Shown piece after piece: positions 1 through 10,442 of a DNA stretch of 64,000 bases. The translations under genes and the position numbers were made by a program. The number at the start of each line of letters is the position of its first letter. Position 1 is the first letter of the stretch. The stretch is from an uncultured Chloroflexia bacterium (GTDB taxonomy: Bacteria > Chloroflexota > Limnocylindria > Limnocylindrales > CSP1-4). Below the pieces are notes generated by a model. It was not told the origin of the DNA and ran no database searches. It saw only the letters and a program-made list of their open reading frames with translations. Location: the NCBI GenBank assembly GCA_963833225.1, contig CAWHXD010000019.1, positions 64,001 through 128,000 of the forward strand. Direction: 5' to 3'.

Positions 1-215
1 CTGGTGTGAGCCACGCCGGCCTGCTCGGCGACCAGGTCCACGTGATCACCGAGGCCGGGGCGTACGACGCGGGCCGCCTGCGCGCGACGCTGGCGGCGGC
101 CGCCGGGATCCCATCCGCGAGCCTCGAGATCGAGCCGGCCGAGGTGACCCTGGAGGACGTGTTCACGGTGCTCACCGGTGGGCGCGTCGACACCGACGAG
201 GAGACCGCGCAATGA
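1..215 (+). CDS. ABC transporter ATP-binding protein, C-terminal part (truncated by window edge)
   Basis: Ends with EPAEVTLEDVFTVLT, a typical ABC-2 ATPase tail; ATGA overlap with the permease. Confidence 0.75.
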   Translation, partial: GVSHAGLLGDQVHVITEAGAYDAGRLRATLAAAAGIPSASLEIEPAEVTLEDVFTVLTGGRVDTDEETAQ

Positions 216-1342
216 GAGGACGGCTGCTCGCGATCATCCGCAAGGAGTTCATCCACATCGCGCGCGATCCACGCACCCTGGCGCTCACGTTCGTGATGCC
301 GCTGGTGATGCTGCTGCTGCTTGGCTACGCGGCCACCAATGACGTCCGCAACGTGCCGCTCGCCGTGTGGGACCAGGACCGCTCCGCCGAGTCCCGGGAG
401 CTCATCGAGTCGTACCGCGCGGCCGACTACTTCCAGCTCGCCTTCGAGGCCGGCTCGGACGCGGAGATCGAGCAGCTCATCACGGACGGCTCGGCACAGG
501 TGGGGATGATCATCCCGCCCGACTATGGCGCGACCCTGGCCGCGGGTGGGTCGACCGAGATCGCGTTCATCATCGACGGCTCGGACCCGCTCGTCGCCCA
601 GACGGCCCTCGCGGCCGCATCCCAGCTGGGGCAGGCCGCCTCGTTCGGGGTCGTGACCCAGCGCCTCGCGGAGCACGGCCAGGGTGGCACGTTCGTGCTG
701 CCGATCGATGTCCGCACCCAGGTCTGGTACAACCCCGACCTCAAGAGCTCGCACTACATGGTCCCGGCCCTGATCGGCGTGATCATGCTGTTCCTGTCGG
801 TCGTGCTCACGTCCACCGCCATCGTCCGCGAGCGCGAGCGGGGCACCATCGAGCAGCTGATCGTGACCCCCATCCGGTCGTCCGAGCTGCTGGTCGGCAA
901 GCTGACCCCGTACGTCCTGCTCGCATTCCTCAACATGGTCGAGATCCTGGCCATCGGGGTGGTGCTGTTCGGCGTGCCCATCGCGGGCAGCGTGCCGCTG
1001 CTGTTGGGCACCGCGGCCCTGTTCCTGGTCACGCCGCTGGGGATCGGGTTGCTGATCTCCACCGTGGCCAAGTCCCAGCAGGAGGCGATCATCCTGTCGC
1101 TGTTCTTCCTGCTGCCCAACATCTTCCTGTCCGGCTTCTTCTTCCCGATCGCCGCGATGCCCGGCTGGCTCCAGGCGATCACCTACCTGTTCCCGCTCAA
1201 CTACTTCCTGACGATCGTGCGCGGGATCGTGCTCAAGGGCGCCGCCATGGCGGAGCTGTGGCCGCAGGTGGTGGCGCTGGTGGCCTACGGGGTCATCGTG
1301 ATGGGGCTGGCGGCGCGCCGGTTCCGCAAGCGGCTCGACTGA
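212..1342 (+). CDS. ABC-2 type exporter permease (YbhR/YbhS-like)
   Basis: KEFIHIARDPRTL start, WYNP, REREXGTIEQL and LSGFFFPI motifs, multiple TM helices. Confidence 0.92.
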   Translation: MRGRLLAIIRKEFIHIARDPRTLALTFVMPLVMLLLLGYAATNDVRNVPLAVWDQDRSAESRELIESYRAADYFQLAFEAGSDAEIEQLITDGSAQVGMIIPPDYGATLAAGGSTEIAFIIDGSDPLVAQTALAAASQLGQAASFGVVTQRLAEHGQGGTFVLPIDVRTQVWYNPDLKSSHYMVPALIGVIMLFLSVVLTSTAIVRERERGTIEQLIVTPIRSSELLVGKLTPYVLLAFLNMVEILAIGVVLFGVPIAGSVPLLLGTAALFLVTPLGIGLLISTVAKSQQEAIILSLFFLLPNIFLSGFFFPIAAMPGWLQAITYLFPLNYFLTIVRGIVLKGAAMAELWPQVVALVAYGVIVMGLAARRFRKRLD

Positions 1343-1396
1343 TCTGCCGGCGGGTGCGCCCCTCCGGCGAGGGCCGGGCTACCCGCCGCACCCGGC

Positions 1397-2638
1397 TCAG
1401 CGACGCTCGTCGAGGAACGCGAGCAGGGCGTCCGTGGTCCGTCGGGCCGCGGGGGCGATCCGGCGCGAGACGCCGGGGTACTGGTCGAACCCGTGGACGG
1501 CCCCCGGCACCTCCACCAGGGTCGATGGGACCCCGGCGTCCCGAAGGCGCTGGTGGAGACGTCGGCCATGGGCGGCCGGGATGATCGCGTCGTCGCCGCC
1601 CGTCACCTGGAGGACGGGTGGGCAGGCGGACCCGGCAAGCGCGACCGGTGACCAGTCGGCGTAGGCCCCGGGGGACTCGGCTGGCGTGCCACCGAACAGG
1701 CCATGGACCAGCAGGGCGCCCCCCGGCAGGTTGCCGTATCGGTAGGCCGGGAACAGGCGGAGCCGCGTCACCAGCCGGTCGATCGGGGTCGCCCGCAGCC
1801 GAGGCCGCAGATCGTCCGGGATCGGCTGGCCGGGCGCGGGCTGGCGCGGGTTGACGCGCCCGTACTCCTCCCAGAACGCAACGGGATCCGTGACGGCCGA
1901 GATGGCCGCGACGCCGCGCACGGGGCCCGGGTCGTCGCGCTGGCTCTTTGCGGCGCGGAAGGCCGTCACGAGGGCCAGGTGGCCGCCGCCCGCATGTCCA
2001 ACCAGGACGATCCGGTCCCGTCGGACCCCATGGTTGGCCCCGGCCGACCGGAGCCAGGCCGTCGCCGCAGCCACCGCGCCCTCCATGTCGCCGAGCGTCG
2101 CGCCGGGCGCGAGCGGGTAGGCGAGGTCGAGCACGACGTGGCCGCCGCCCGCCATGGCGCGCATCAGGGGGGCGATCAGGAACCCCTTGTCCAGCGCCTG
2201 CCAGAGCCCGCCGTGCAGGTACACCACCCCGACGCCCGAGGGCGGCGTGCCGTCCTCGGGCAGCCACAGGTCGCCCAGCAGCGGCGGTCCGGCGCCGTCG
2301 CCGACCACGACGTCCCGCAGGCACTGGGCGTCCGGCGGCTTGCGGGCGACGATCTGCGACAGGCGGGCGCCACGGCCTCTCGCGCGGACGGTGAACCGGG
2401 CCGCCAGCGACGCTCCTGCCAGCGCGGCCAGCCCGGGCAGGCGACGACCCGTGACGAGGGACACCCCGCCGACGAGGAGCCCGGCCGCCGCCACGACCGG
2501 CGCCCAGGCCTGCGCCAGCAGGCGCGGCAGCCACAGCACGATCGCGGCCCGCCCGGATCGCGGGCCGGTCACCGCGAGCACGCCCGCCAGCCCGATGGCG
2601 ATCCCGCCCCAGCGCAGCCCGGCTCGAAGAAATTTCAC
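1397..2638 (-). CDS. alpha/beta hydrolase (HSL-like) with N-terminal membrane anchor; nucleophile position is Ala
   Basis: YLHGG oxyanion motif, GHAGGGHLA elbow, GGDD and HGF catalytic Asp/His; start uncertain. Confidence 0.8.
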   Translation of the reverse strand: MKFLRAGLRWGGIAIGLAGVLAVTGPRSGRAAIVLWLPRLLAQAWAPVVAAAGLLVGGVSLVTGRRLPGLAALAGASLAARFTVRARGRGARLSQIVARKPPDAQCLRDVVVGDGAGPPLLGDLWLPEDGTPPSGVGVVYLHGGLWQALDKGFLIAPLMRAMAGGGHVVLDLAYPLAPGATLGDMEGAVAAATAWLRSAGANHGVRRDRIVLVGHAGGGHLALVTAFRAAKSQRDDPGPVRGVAAISAVTDPVAFWEEYGRVNPRQPAPGQPIPDDLRPRLRATPIDRLVTRLRLFPAYRYGNLPGGALLVHGLFGGTPAESPGAYADWSPVALAGSACPPVLQVTGGDDAIIPAAHGRRLHQRLRDAGVPSTLVEVPGAVHGFDQYPGVSRRIAPAARRTTDALLAFLDERR

Positions 2639-2705
2639 CAGGCTTCGAGTCTAGACGGTGCCGCACACCCGGCCGGCGCCCTGTTCGCCGGCGGGCGCGG
2701 CCCTG

Positions 2706-3309
2706 CTACTCGCTGAAGCGCTGCTCCGCCCAGGGATCGGCATCGTTGTGGTAGCCGTAGCGCTCCCAGAAGCCCGGCTGGTCACGATCGAGGAGCTCGA
2801 GACCGCGGATCCACTTGGGGCCCTTCCAGAAGTACCGCTTGGGGACGATCAGCCGGAGCGGGTACCCGTGGTCCGGGGTCGAGTGGCTCGCCTTCAAAGG
2901 TATCGGCGAGCAGGACGTCATCGTCATCGAGGACCGCGAGCGGCATGTTGGCGGTGTAGCCCTGCTCCGCGTGGCCGACCACGTGGGTGGCGGTGGGGCG
3001 GACCTGGGCCAGCTCCAGGATGGTCTGGATCGCGACCCCCTCCCAGTGCGTGTCCAGCTTCGACCAGCGGGTGACGCAGTGGATGTCCGTGGTGACCTGC
3101 TTGCGGGGCAGGGCGCGGAACTCGTCCCAGGTGAGGCGGAACGGGTTGTCAACCTCGCCGTAGACCTTGAAGTCCCAGGTCGCGAGGTCCGCGCGCGGCA
3201 CGGAGCCGTAGTGGAGGACCGGGAACTTCTCGGTGAGGTACTGGCCGGGGGGCACCCGGTCCGCGACCGAGGGGTCGGGGCGGCGGTTGCCGATGAGTCG
3301 ATCGAACAT
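2706..3309 (-). CDS. Sulfite-oxidase-like molybdopterin oxidoreductase (YuiH-like), frameshifted near 2880
   Basis: [15 protein letters not shown] and [10 protein letters not shown] in one frame; [20 protein letters not shown] and GFWERYGYH in another; indel in a CCCC run. Confidence 0.88.
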
Positions 3310-3411
3310 GGGTCTCCTGCGCCGGGACGGGCACGCGTGGCTGTCGCCAGCCTGTTCGCACAGATGCTACTCGCGGACCGTGACGGCGCGGTGACCGGGT
3401 AGAGTTGGGGT

Positions 3412-4182
3412 ATGCCCGAAGCGCCCAAGGTCGTGATCGTCATGCCCGCGTACAACGCCGCCCGCACCCTGGAGCGCACGTACGCGGACATCCCGCACGA
3501 CCTCGTCGATCACCTGATCCTCGTCGACGACGTGTCGGAGGACGAGACGGTGGAGATCGCCAAGCGGCTGGGCATCGAGGTCATCGTCCATCGCCAGAAC
3601 CTGGGCTACGGCGGCAACCAGAAGACCTGCTACGACCGGGCGCTGGAGTGGGGTGCCGACGTGGTCGTGATGCTGCACCCCGACTACCAGTACGACGCGA
3701 CGCGGATCCCGCAGCTGGTGGAGCCGATCCTCGCGGGCGAGGCGGATCTCATGCTCGGCAGCCGGTTCCTCGGCGACCCGATCGCCGGCGGCATGCCCAA
3801 GTGGAAGTTCCTGTCCAACCGGTTCCTGACCGGGGTGGAGAACCTGGTGTTCGGGCTGCGCCTGTCCGAGTACCACACCGGGCTCCGGGCCTACTCCCGG
3901 CGCCTCCTCGAGCGGATCCCGTACGAACTCAACTCCGACGATTTCGTGTTCGACCAGGACCTGATCGCGCAGGTCGTGGCGGCGGGTGGGATGCGCATCG
4001 GCGAGATCGCCGTCCCGACCCGCTACTTCGCGGAGGCAAGTTCCGTCGGGTTCCGCCGGAGCGTGGTGTACGGGTTCTCCACCTTGCGAGTCGTTGGCCG
4101 GTATCTCCTGCACCGCACCGGGCTCCGCCGCTCGGCGAAGCTCCGCCCGCGCGTCCCCGCGAGCGAGTCCGGCAGCGTGTAG
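3412..4182 (+). CDS. Glycosyltransferase family 2 (polyprenol-phosphate glycosyltransferase-like)
   Basis: [25 protein letters not shown] and GSRF motifs. Confidence 0.92.
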   Translation: MPEAPKVVIVMPAYNAARTLERTYADIPHDLVDHLILVDDVSEDETVEIAKRLGIEVIVHRQNLGYGGNQKTCYDRALEWGADVVVMLHPDYQYDATRIPQLVEPILAGEADLMLGSRFLGDPIAGGMPKWKFLSNRFLTGVENLVFGLRLSEYHTGLRAYSRRLLERIPYELNSDDFVFDQDLIAQVVAAGGMRIGEIAVPTRYFAEASSVGFRRSVVYGFSTLRVVGRYLLHRTGLRRSAKLRPRVPASESGSV

Positions 4183-4184
4183 CC

Positions 4185-5204
4185 GTGCGCCTGCGCGGGG
4201 CCCTCTCGGGGAGGCTGGCCCGGGCGGCACTGGGTGTCGCCATCTCGGCTGTGGCGCTGGCTCTCGTCGCCCGGTCCGTGGACCTGGGCGCGGCCTGGGA
4301 ATCGCTTCGCACCGCCGACGCGCGCTGGATCGCGCTCCTCGTGGCCTTCGTCGTGGGCGACGTCGTGCTCCGCGCCGTCCGGTGGCGGGTGCTCCTGGGG
4401 CCGCTCGCGGTGGTGCCGCTGGCCGCGACGACGGCGTCGCTGCTCGTCGGGTACCTGGCCAACAACGTGCTGCCGGCGCGGCTGGGCGAGATCGTCCGGA
4501 GCCACGACCTGGGCCGGCGGACGGGCGTGTCGCGGTCCACGATCCTGGGCACGATCGTCATCGAGCGGGTCGTGGACACGATGGTGGTCGTGGCGATCGC
4601 GGCCGTCGCGATCCTCGTGCTCTCGGTCCGGGGGATCGTGGCCTCGGCGGTCCTGGTCGGGTTCGCGGTCACGGCGCTGCTTGTCGTGGGCGTGATCGTG
4701 GGCATCTCCGCACACCGGCTGCCGGGCGCGGAGCGTGTGCGTGGGTTCCTCGCCCGGTGGCCGCGGGTCCGCGACGTGCTGCGGCGGCTCCAGGCGGGGC
4801 TGTCGGTGGCGAGCGACCTGCGCGCGATGGCGGCCGCGGTCGTGCTGTCCGTTGGGTCGTGGTCGTTCACGGTGCTCGCGTTCGCGGCCGCCGCGCAGGC
4901 GGTGGGCATCGAGCCGACGATGGGCCAGGCGGCGCTGCTCGCGGCGGGCACGAACCTCGCGACGGCGATCCCGGCCGGGCCGGGGTACGTTGGCACCTTC
5001 GAGCTGGCCGCGGTGACGATCGCGCGCTCCGTGGGGATCGCCCCCGCGCCGGCGCTGGCGTTCGCGATCCTGGCCCACGCGACGGCGCTGGTGCTGACCT
5101 CGGCAGGGGGAGCCGTGGTCCTGGTCCTCGCCGGTCGCCGCGGGATGGCGTTGCCGGTCGAGGAGGGCGCTGGTGACAAGCGACTGAAGGGAGGGGGGCG
5201 ATGA
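4185..5204 (+). CDS. Lysylphosphatidylglycerol-synthase TM/flippase-like membrane protein (UPF0104)
   Basis: RAVRWRVLL, NNVLPARLGEIVR, ERVVD and PAGPGYVGTFE motifs; GTG at 4185 just after the GT2 stop. Confidence 0.85.
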   Translation: MRLRGALSGRLARAALGVAISAVALALVARSVDLGAAWESLRTADARWIALLVAFVVGDVVLRAVRWRVLLGPLAVVPLAATTASLLVGYLANNVLPARLGEIVRSHDLGRRTGVSRSTILGTIVIERVVDTMVVVAIAAVAILVLSVRGIVASAVLVGFAVTALLVVGVIVGISAHRLPGAERVRGFLARWPRVRDVLRRLQAGLSVASDLRAMAAAVVLSVGSWSFTVLAFAAAAQAVGIEPTMGQAALLAAGTNLATAIPAGPGYVGTFELAAVTIARSVGIAPAPALAFAILAHATALVLTSAGGAVVLVLAGRRGMALPVEEGAGDKRLKGGGR

Positions 5205-5953
5205 CACGGGCAAGGATCCGGCACCCGTGGCCCGGGGTGATCGACTGGGGTGGCGACTGGCTGACCGAGACGCGGGACGAGCTCGCGCACCTGGGGTTCG
5301 TGCTGCGCGACGGATCGGCGCCCGGGGTGATGCCCGGTCCACGGCTGCTGGTCGCGCTCCGTGACCACCCGACGCTCGAGCACTTCGACCCGGAGGTGGT
5401 CACGTACTGGGTCGCCGCTGAGGGGCACGGTCGCCTGGCGACGCTCGATCGAGGCAGGCGGTCGGCGCCGCTCGACAGGGCCAGCGAGGCCCCGCAGGCC
5501 GTTCCCTGGTCATGGGGCCCGGTGAGGGTGACGGATCGGGTTCCCGTCAGCAACGGGTTTCTCGGGTTCGGTGGCACGCTGCTGGTCGATGCCACCGATG
5601 ACTCGGCGACCTACGCCGCGTTCACGTCACGCGCGCCGATCGTGCGCTGGGCGGGCCATTCGCAGGGCGTGGACTTCCTCGTCGACGAGGTGGGCGCGTT
5701 CTTCGCGCGGCTGATGGTCCCGGTCGACTACCAGCCCGAGGCTGAGACGCGGGTGGCGGCGGCCGACCCGGAAGCGCTGTACGCGGCGTTCCTCGCGCAC
5801 TCGATCGACAGGCTCCACCACTCGCGCCGCCTCCGGGATGCGGACCCGAAGACGGCCGGCTGGCTGGAGCGTGAGGGCCACCGGCTCCGGCGCGAGGTTC
5901 CCGGGCACTGGGCGGCGGGGCTGGATCTCCTCGCCTGGCTGGATCTCGGGTAG
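5201..5953 (+). CDS. Hypothetical protein
   Basis: 250 aa ORF with GGAGG RBS and ATGA overlap; no family recognised. Confidence 0.7.
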   Translation: MTRARIRHPWPGVIDWGGDWLTETRDELAHLGFVLRDGSAPGVMPGPRLLVALRDHPTLEHFDPEVVTYWVAAEGHGRLATLDRGRRSAPLDRASEAPQAVPWSWGPVRVTDRVPVSNGFLGFGGTLLVDATDDSATYAAFTSRAPIVRWAGHSQGVDFLVDEVGAFFARLMVPVDYQPEAETRVAAADPEALYAAFLAHSIDRLHHSRRLRDADPKTAGWLEREGHRLRREVPGHWAAGLDLLAWLDLG

Positions 5954-6072
5954 CCGCGCCCGCTGACCTGCTCGGCGCACCCGTGGCGCGCGACGCCACG
6001 ATGACCCCCTGCCGGGCGGGCCCGCCCGGCGCGTGTTGGGGGCATGCCCGGCGCGCGGCGGTGGGGCCCGCG

Positions 6073-6310
6073 TGACTCTCGGTCACGCTCTTGGGGCTGT
6101 AGCGGGTTCTCGGCGGGCCGATCGTCGCCCTCGGCCTGACAAGCTGACGCTCGGTCACGCTTTGGGGCCTGTAGCGGGTCCCCGCCGGCCGATCTCGGGC
6201 CTAGAGGCCCAGTTCATCGCCTCTGAGTCAAGTTCGGACGTGCCGGCATGGTCGCCGGGGCTCACTCGGGGCCTTGAGGCTCCGTTTGTTGACGCAGGGT
6301 CACGCCGGAG
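6073..6310. repeat. Degenerate ~72-bp tandem repeat in a convergent intergenic region
   Basis: TGACnCTCGGTCACGCT..GGGC.TGTAGCGGGT..GCCGATC at 6073 and 6145; further degenerate GTCA cores near 6227 and 6299. Confidence 0.6.
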
Positions 6311-6453
6311 GGATGACAAACGCGACCCGTCGCGCGCCACGGTGGACCCGTGGCGTGCTCACCGACGACGTGCGCGGGCACAAACGCGAAGCGACCACTC
6401 ACGGGTGACCGCGAGTGGTCGCACACACCGATGCCCCCGGCGAGGGGCCCCGG

Positions 6454-7452
6454 TCAGCCGCCGAGCAGCCCGTTGGCCATCAGGAACTCCTTCGCGACAT
6501 CCTTGATGTCCTGCTGCTCAACGGCCACCTTGACGCCCAGGTTGGTGAGCTCCTCGGTGGTCAGCTTGGCGAGCACGTTGTCGAACAGGGCCTGGAACGC
6601 GGTCGGATCCGCAACCTTGGCGAGCAGGTCGTCACGGACGAGCGCGGTCATGTTCTCGGCCGGCTGGGTCATGAGATCGTCGTCGAGGACGACGAACCCG
6701 AACTGGGCGATCGCCGGCTGCGTGGAGCACAACCACGCGAAGTCGACGCCCTTGTTCTCGAGCGCCTGGGCGATCGGGGCATCGCACGCGGCGAGCGACT
6801 CGCGCTTCTTGGGCGGATAGGTGATCCCGTAGGCCTCGAGCGCTCCCTTGCACAGCGGGTTGGCGTCGCAGTCGGGTGGCAGGCCCCACCGGAGCTGTCC
6901 CTGGACCGCGGCCAGGTCGCTCATCGTGGCCAGGCCCAGCTCGGTGGCGGTGTCCTGCCGGACGACGGCGGCGTTGGTGTCCTCGCCGGGCGAGATGCCG
7001 AACACGCTGATGCCCTTCGACGAGAGCTGCGCGGCAAGCGCGTCGCGGTTGGCGAGCCCGTCGCCGGTGATCTGGCTGGTGTCGTAGTAGCCGAGGCCGG
7101 AGCCGACGTACTCGGGAGAGACATCGATCTGGCCGTTCTCGAGCGCGGGCTGGCGAACCTGGCGGGCGCCGATGCCGAGGGTGCGGGTTACCGGGTAGCC
7201 GTCGGCCTCGAGGACCTGGGCGAACATCTCGGCGACGAGCTGTGACTCGTAGAAGCCGTCCGAGCCGATCCGGACCTCCGGCTTGGGGGCTTCCGTGGGG
7301 GTGGGTGTCTCGGGAGCCATGCTCTCGGGAGCCATGCTCTCGGCGGGCGCCTGCGTCGGCGCTGTCGACGGGCTGCTGCCCCCACCCGACGAGCAGGCGG
7401 CAACCGCCACCAGCATCGCCGCCCCGAGGGCGAGCGCGCGGGAAAACCGCAT
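6454..7452 (-). CDS. Osmoprotectant (glycine betaine/choline) ABC substrate-binding lipoprotein
   Basis: Lipobox VAAC, IGSDGFYES, PEYVGS; ATG at 7452 with GGAGGAG RBS. Confidence 0.9.
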   Translation of the reverse strand: MRFSRALALGAAMLVAVAACSSGGGSSPSTAPTQAPAESMAPESMAPETPTPTEAPKPEVRIGSDGFYESQLVAEMFAQVLEADGYPVTRTLGIGARQVRQPALENGQIDVSPEYVGSGLGYYDTSQITGDGLANRDALAAQLSSKGISVFGISPGEDTNAAVVRQDTATELGLATMSDLAAVQGQLRWGLPPDCDANPLCKGALEAYGITYPPKKRESLAACDAPIAQALENKGVDFAWLCSTQPAIAQFGFVVLDDDLMTQPAENMTALVRDDLLAKVADPTAFQALFDNVLAKLTTEELTNLGVKVAVEQQDIKDVAKEFLMANGLLGG

Positions 7453-7547
7453 TGGGTCTCCTCCCCTGTGCGTATCGTGGCTCCCCGGCTGGGGCGCGGG
7501 CCGAGCGTACCTCATGACCGGCCGATGGGCTCGCGGGCGGGATCCGG

Positions 7548-8288
7548 TCAGGGAATGCCGCGTGGAAGCCGGCCCTCGGCGAGCTGGCGGAACCCCCGGG
7601 CGGGGCGGATCGTGCGATCTGCGCGCCGCGCCGTGCCGCGCTGGGCGACGGAGAGCAGGAGATCGACCGAGATCGCGAGCGCGGACACGAGGATCGCGCC
7701 GCCGATCAGCTCGCCCAGCCCGGCCACGCCCTTGAGGCGGCCATCGAGGATGAAGCGCCCCAGGCCGCCGAAGCCCACCACGGCGCCGATCGTGGCTGTC
7801 GCGATCACGTTGAGGACCGCGGTCCGGAAGCCGCCGATGATGACCGGTGCGGCGAGCGGCAGCTCCAGGGTCCGGAGCACCTCCATCTCGCGCAGGCCCA
7901 TCCCTCGACCCGCCTCGATCAGGTCGCGGTCCACCTCGCGCAGACCCGCGTAGGCGTTGACGAGGATGGGCGGGATCGCGAGCAGGACCATCGCCAGGAA
8001 CGTGGGGACCAGGTTGAGCCCGATGTCCGGCCACACGGCCAGCGACACGGGCAGGATCATCACGATCACCGCATACGACGGCAGCGCCCGGCCGATGTTG
8101 GCGACGTTGATGGCGAGGGTGGCCCAGCGCCCGGTATGCCCGATCCAGAGACCCACCGGGAGGGCGATCAGCGTCGCGGCGACCACGGACACGGAGCTGA
8201 TCGCCACGTGCTCAAGGAGCCGGACGGGGATCCCGGTCTCGCCCTGCCATGTGGCGGGATCGGTGAGCCAGGCGACGAGCTCGTTCAT
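7548..8288 (-). CDS. Osmoprotectant ABC permease
   Basis: NIGRALPS, EAGRGMG, ELPLAAP and GGLG motifs. Confidence 0.9.
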   Translation of the reverse strand: MNELVAWLTDPATWQGETGIPVRLLEHVAISSVSVVAATLIALPVGLWIGHTGRWATLAINVANIGRALPSYAVIVMILPVSLAVWPDIGLNLVPTFLAMVLLAIPPILVNAYAGLREVDRDLIEAGRGMGLREMEVLRTLELPLAAPVIIGGFRTAVLNVIATATIGAVVGFGGLGRFILDGRLKGVAGLGELIGGAILVSALAISVDLLLSVAQRGTARRADRTIRPARGFRQLAEGRLPRGIP

Positions 8289-8962
8289 GGCGTGACCGGG
8301 TGCTCGGCGCGCGCCCGGGCCCAGGGCGTGGCCCGCGCCTCGAGCCGGCGGAGCAGGAAGTCGAGCACGAGCGCCAGCAGGACCGCGAGCAGCGACCCCA
8401 CCAGGTACTTGGTGGGGAAGAACGTCTGGAGGCCCTCGCTGATCAGCTGGCCCAGCCCCCCAAAGGTGTTGCCCAGGATCGAGACGACGGTCGCCAGCCC
8501 GACGAGCGTGACGGCCGCCACGCGCAGCCCCGCGACCATCAGCGGCACCGCCAGCGGGAGCTCCACGCGCAGCAGGCGCTGCCGGGAGCGATAGCCCATG
8601 CCGTCAGCCGACTCGAGGACCTCGCGGGGCACGCCCTGCAGGCCGGCCACGATGTTCCGGAACAGGATCAGCAGCGTGTAGCTGGTGAGCGGGACGAGCG
8701 CCGTGAGATAGCTGAACCCGAAGATCGGGATGAGGAGGGCGAACGCCGCCAGGGACGGGATCGTGTACAGCAGGCCGGTCACGGCCGTGATCGGACCGCT
8801 CACCGCCGGCCGCCGCACCGCCCAGATGGCAAGCACCAGGCTGATCGCGAAGCCCACCGCGAGCGGGATCGCGGTGAGCACCAGGTGCTGGGCGGTCGCC
8901 GCGGCGAGGTCGTCGAGGTGCGAGGCGATCCAGCCGGCGTCGATCAGCGGCTGGCCATTCAT
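8285..8962 (-). CDS. Osmoprotectant ABC permease
   Basis: YTIPSLA, ESADGMG, VELPLAVP motifs. Confidence 0.9.
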   Translation of the reverse strand: MNGQPLIDAGWIASHLDDLAAATAQHLVLTAIPLAVGFAISLVLAIWAVRRPAVSGPITAVTGLLYTIPSLAAFALLIPIFGFSYLTALVPLTSYTLLILFRNIVAGLQGVPREVLESADGMGYRSRQRLLRVELPLAVPLMVAGLRVAAVTLVGLATVVSILGNTFGGLGQLISEGLQTFFPTKYLVGSLLAVLLALVLDFLLRRLEARATPWARARAEHPVTP

Positions 8963-10257
8963 CCCGGAGTCTCCGCTGCCCCGGCAGCCCCGGTTGCGGC
9001 ATTCGCCGGCCCGTCGGCGTCAGCGTCGGCCGGCGTCTCGTGGTGGTCGGCCGCCGGCCCGTCGGCGGTGCCGTCGGCCGGCGTCGTTGCGTCGATGCCC
9101 TGCGCCCCCTGGCTGCGCATCCACTCCGTGATGTCGTCGAGCCGGATCATGCCCCGCAGGGCGCCGTTCCGGTCCACCACCAGGCCGGCCTGGACGTCGG
9201 CGTCGAGCAGCATCGACAGGGCGTCCTTGAGCGTGGTGCGCCGATCGAACAGGGGCGAGGCCGACTCGACTTGCTCAACCTCGATGGCCCCCGCCGACAG
9301 GTGGTTGCGATGGATCCAGCCGATCGGCTGCATCGCCTCGCCCGTGAGCAGGACGTGCTCGAACGGGTCCTGCGCGGCCAGCCGCCGGATCATGGTCCCG
9401 TTGTCGCCGGGGCGGGCGGTGACGACCGGCGTGAGTGCCAGCTCCCCCACCCGGAACAGGGACAGGCGCTTGAGGCCGCGGTCCGTGCCCACGAACCGGG
9501 CCACGAAGTCCGACGCGGGGTTGGCGAGAATCTCGGCCGGCGTCCCGAACTGCTCCACGACCCCGCCGGCCCGGAAGACCGCCACCAGGTCGCCCATCTT
9601 GATGGCCTCGTCGATGTCGTGGGTGACGAACAGGATCGACTTGGCCAGCTGCTCCTGGAGGCGCAGGAACTCGTTCTGGAGACGCTCTCGAACGATCGGG
9701 TCCACGGCCCCGAACGGCTCGTCCATGAGCATGACCGGTGGATCTGCGGCCAGCGCCCGTGCCACGCCAACGCGCTGTCGCTCGCCGCCGGAGAGCTGGG
9801 TCGGGAAGCGGCTGGCGTAGCTGGCCGGGTCCAGGCCCACCAGGTGGAGGAGCTCGTCGGAGCGCGCCTTGCGCGCGGCAGGCGACCAGCCCAGCAGGCG
9901 CGGCACCGTGGCCACGTTGTCCTCGATCGTCTGGTGGGGGAACAGCCCGGTCTGCTGGATGACGTACCCGATGCCCCGGCGGAGCTCGGTGACATCGCGG
10001 CTCGCGATGTCCACCCCGTCGAGCAGGATCCGGCCCGAGGTTGGCTCGATCAGGCGGTTGACCATCTTGAGCGACGTCGTCTTGCCACAGCCCGACGGCC
10101 CGACCAGCACGCAGATCCTGCCGGCGGGGATGGCCAGGGACAGGTCGTTGACCGCCGCGGGGGTCCCGGTCCTGGCCGCCCGCGGGTCGTAGGACTTGCT
10201 GACGTGGTCGAACTCGACCGTTGCGGCGCGACCGGACGTGGCGGGGGAGGCGGACAT
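8959..10257 (-). CDS. Osmoprotectant ABC ATP-binding protein with C-terminal CBS-like region
   Basis: GPSGCGKTT, LSGGERQR, LMDEPFGAVDP, FVTHDIDEA. Confidence 0.93.
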   Translation of the reverse strand: MSASPATSGRAATVEFDHVSKSYDPRAARTGTPAAVNDLSLAIPAGRICVLVGPSGCGKTTSLKMVNRLIEPTSGRILLDGVDIASRDVTELRRGIGYVIQQTGLFPHQTIEDNVATVPRLLGWSPAARKARSDELLHLVGLDPASYASRFPTQLSGGERQRVGVARALAADPPVMLMDEPFGAVDPIVRERLQNEFLRLQEQLAKSILFVTHDIDEAIKMGDLVAVFRAGGVVEQFGTPAEILANPASDFVARFVGTDRGLKRLSLFRVGELALTPVVTARPGDNGTMIRRLAAQDPFEHVLLTGEAMQPIGWIHRNHLSAGAIEVEQVESASPLFDRRTTLKDALSMLLDADVQAGLVVDRNGALRGMIRLDDITEWMRSQGAQGIDATTPADGTADGPAADHHETPADADADGPANAATGAAGAAETPG

Positions 10258-10442
10258 CGGGCTGGGGGCTCCTCGCGGTTGGGGGAAGGCTACGCGATCA
10301 CGTCGTCCCCGCCCAGCGCGGTGGCGGTTGGTCGCGACCGATGGCACTACCCCCCGGCGGCGGCCCGGACCATCATTGGCGGCGCGATGACGCCGCGGCG
10401 AGTCCCGAGAGGCGCCGTCGGGGCGCGTCGCGAAGGAGACCC

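Noticed and set aside
6073-6310. CRISPR array
   Set aside because: Repeats too degenerate and too few, no distinct repeat-spacer boundary, no cas genes
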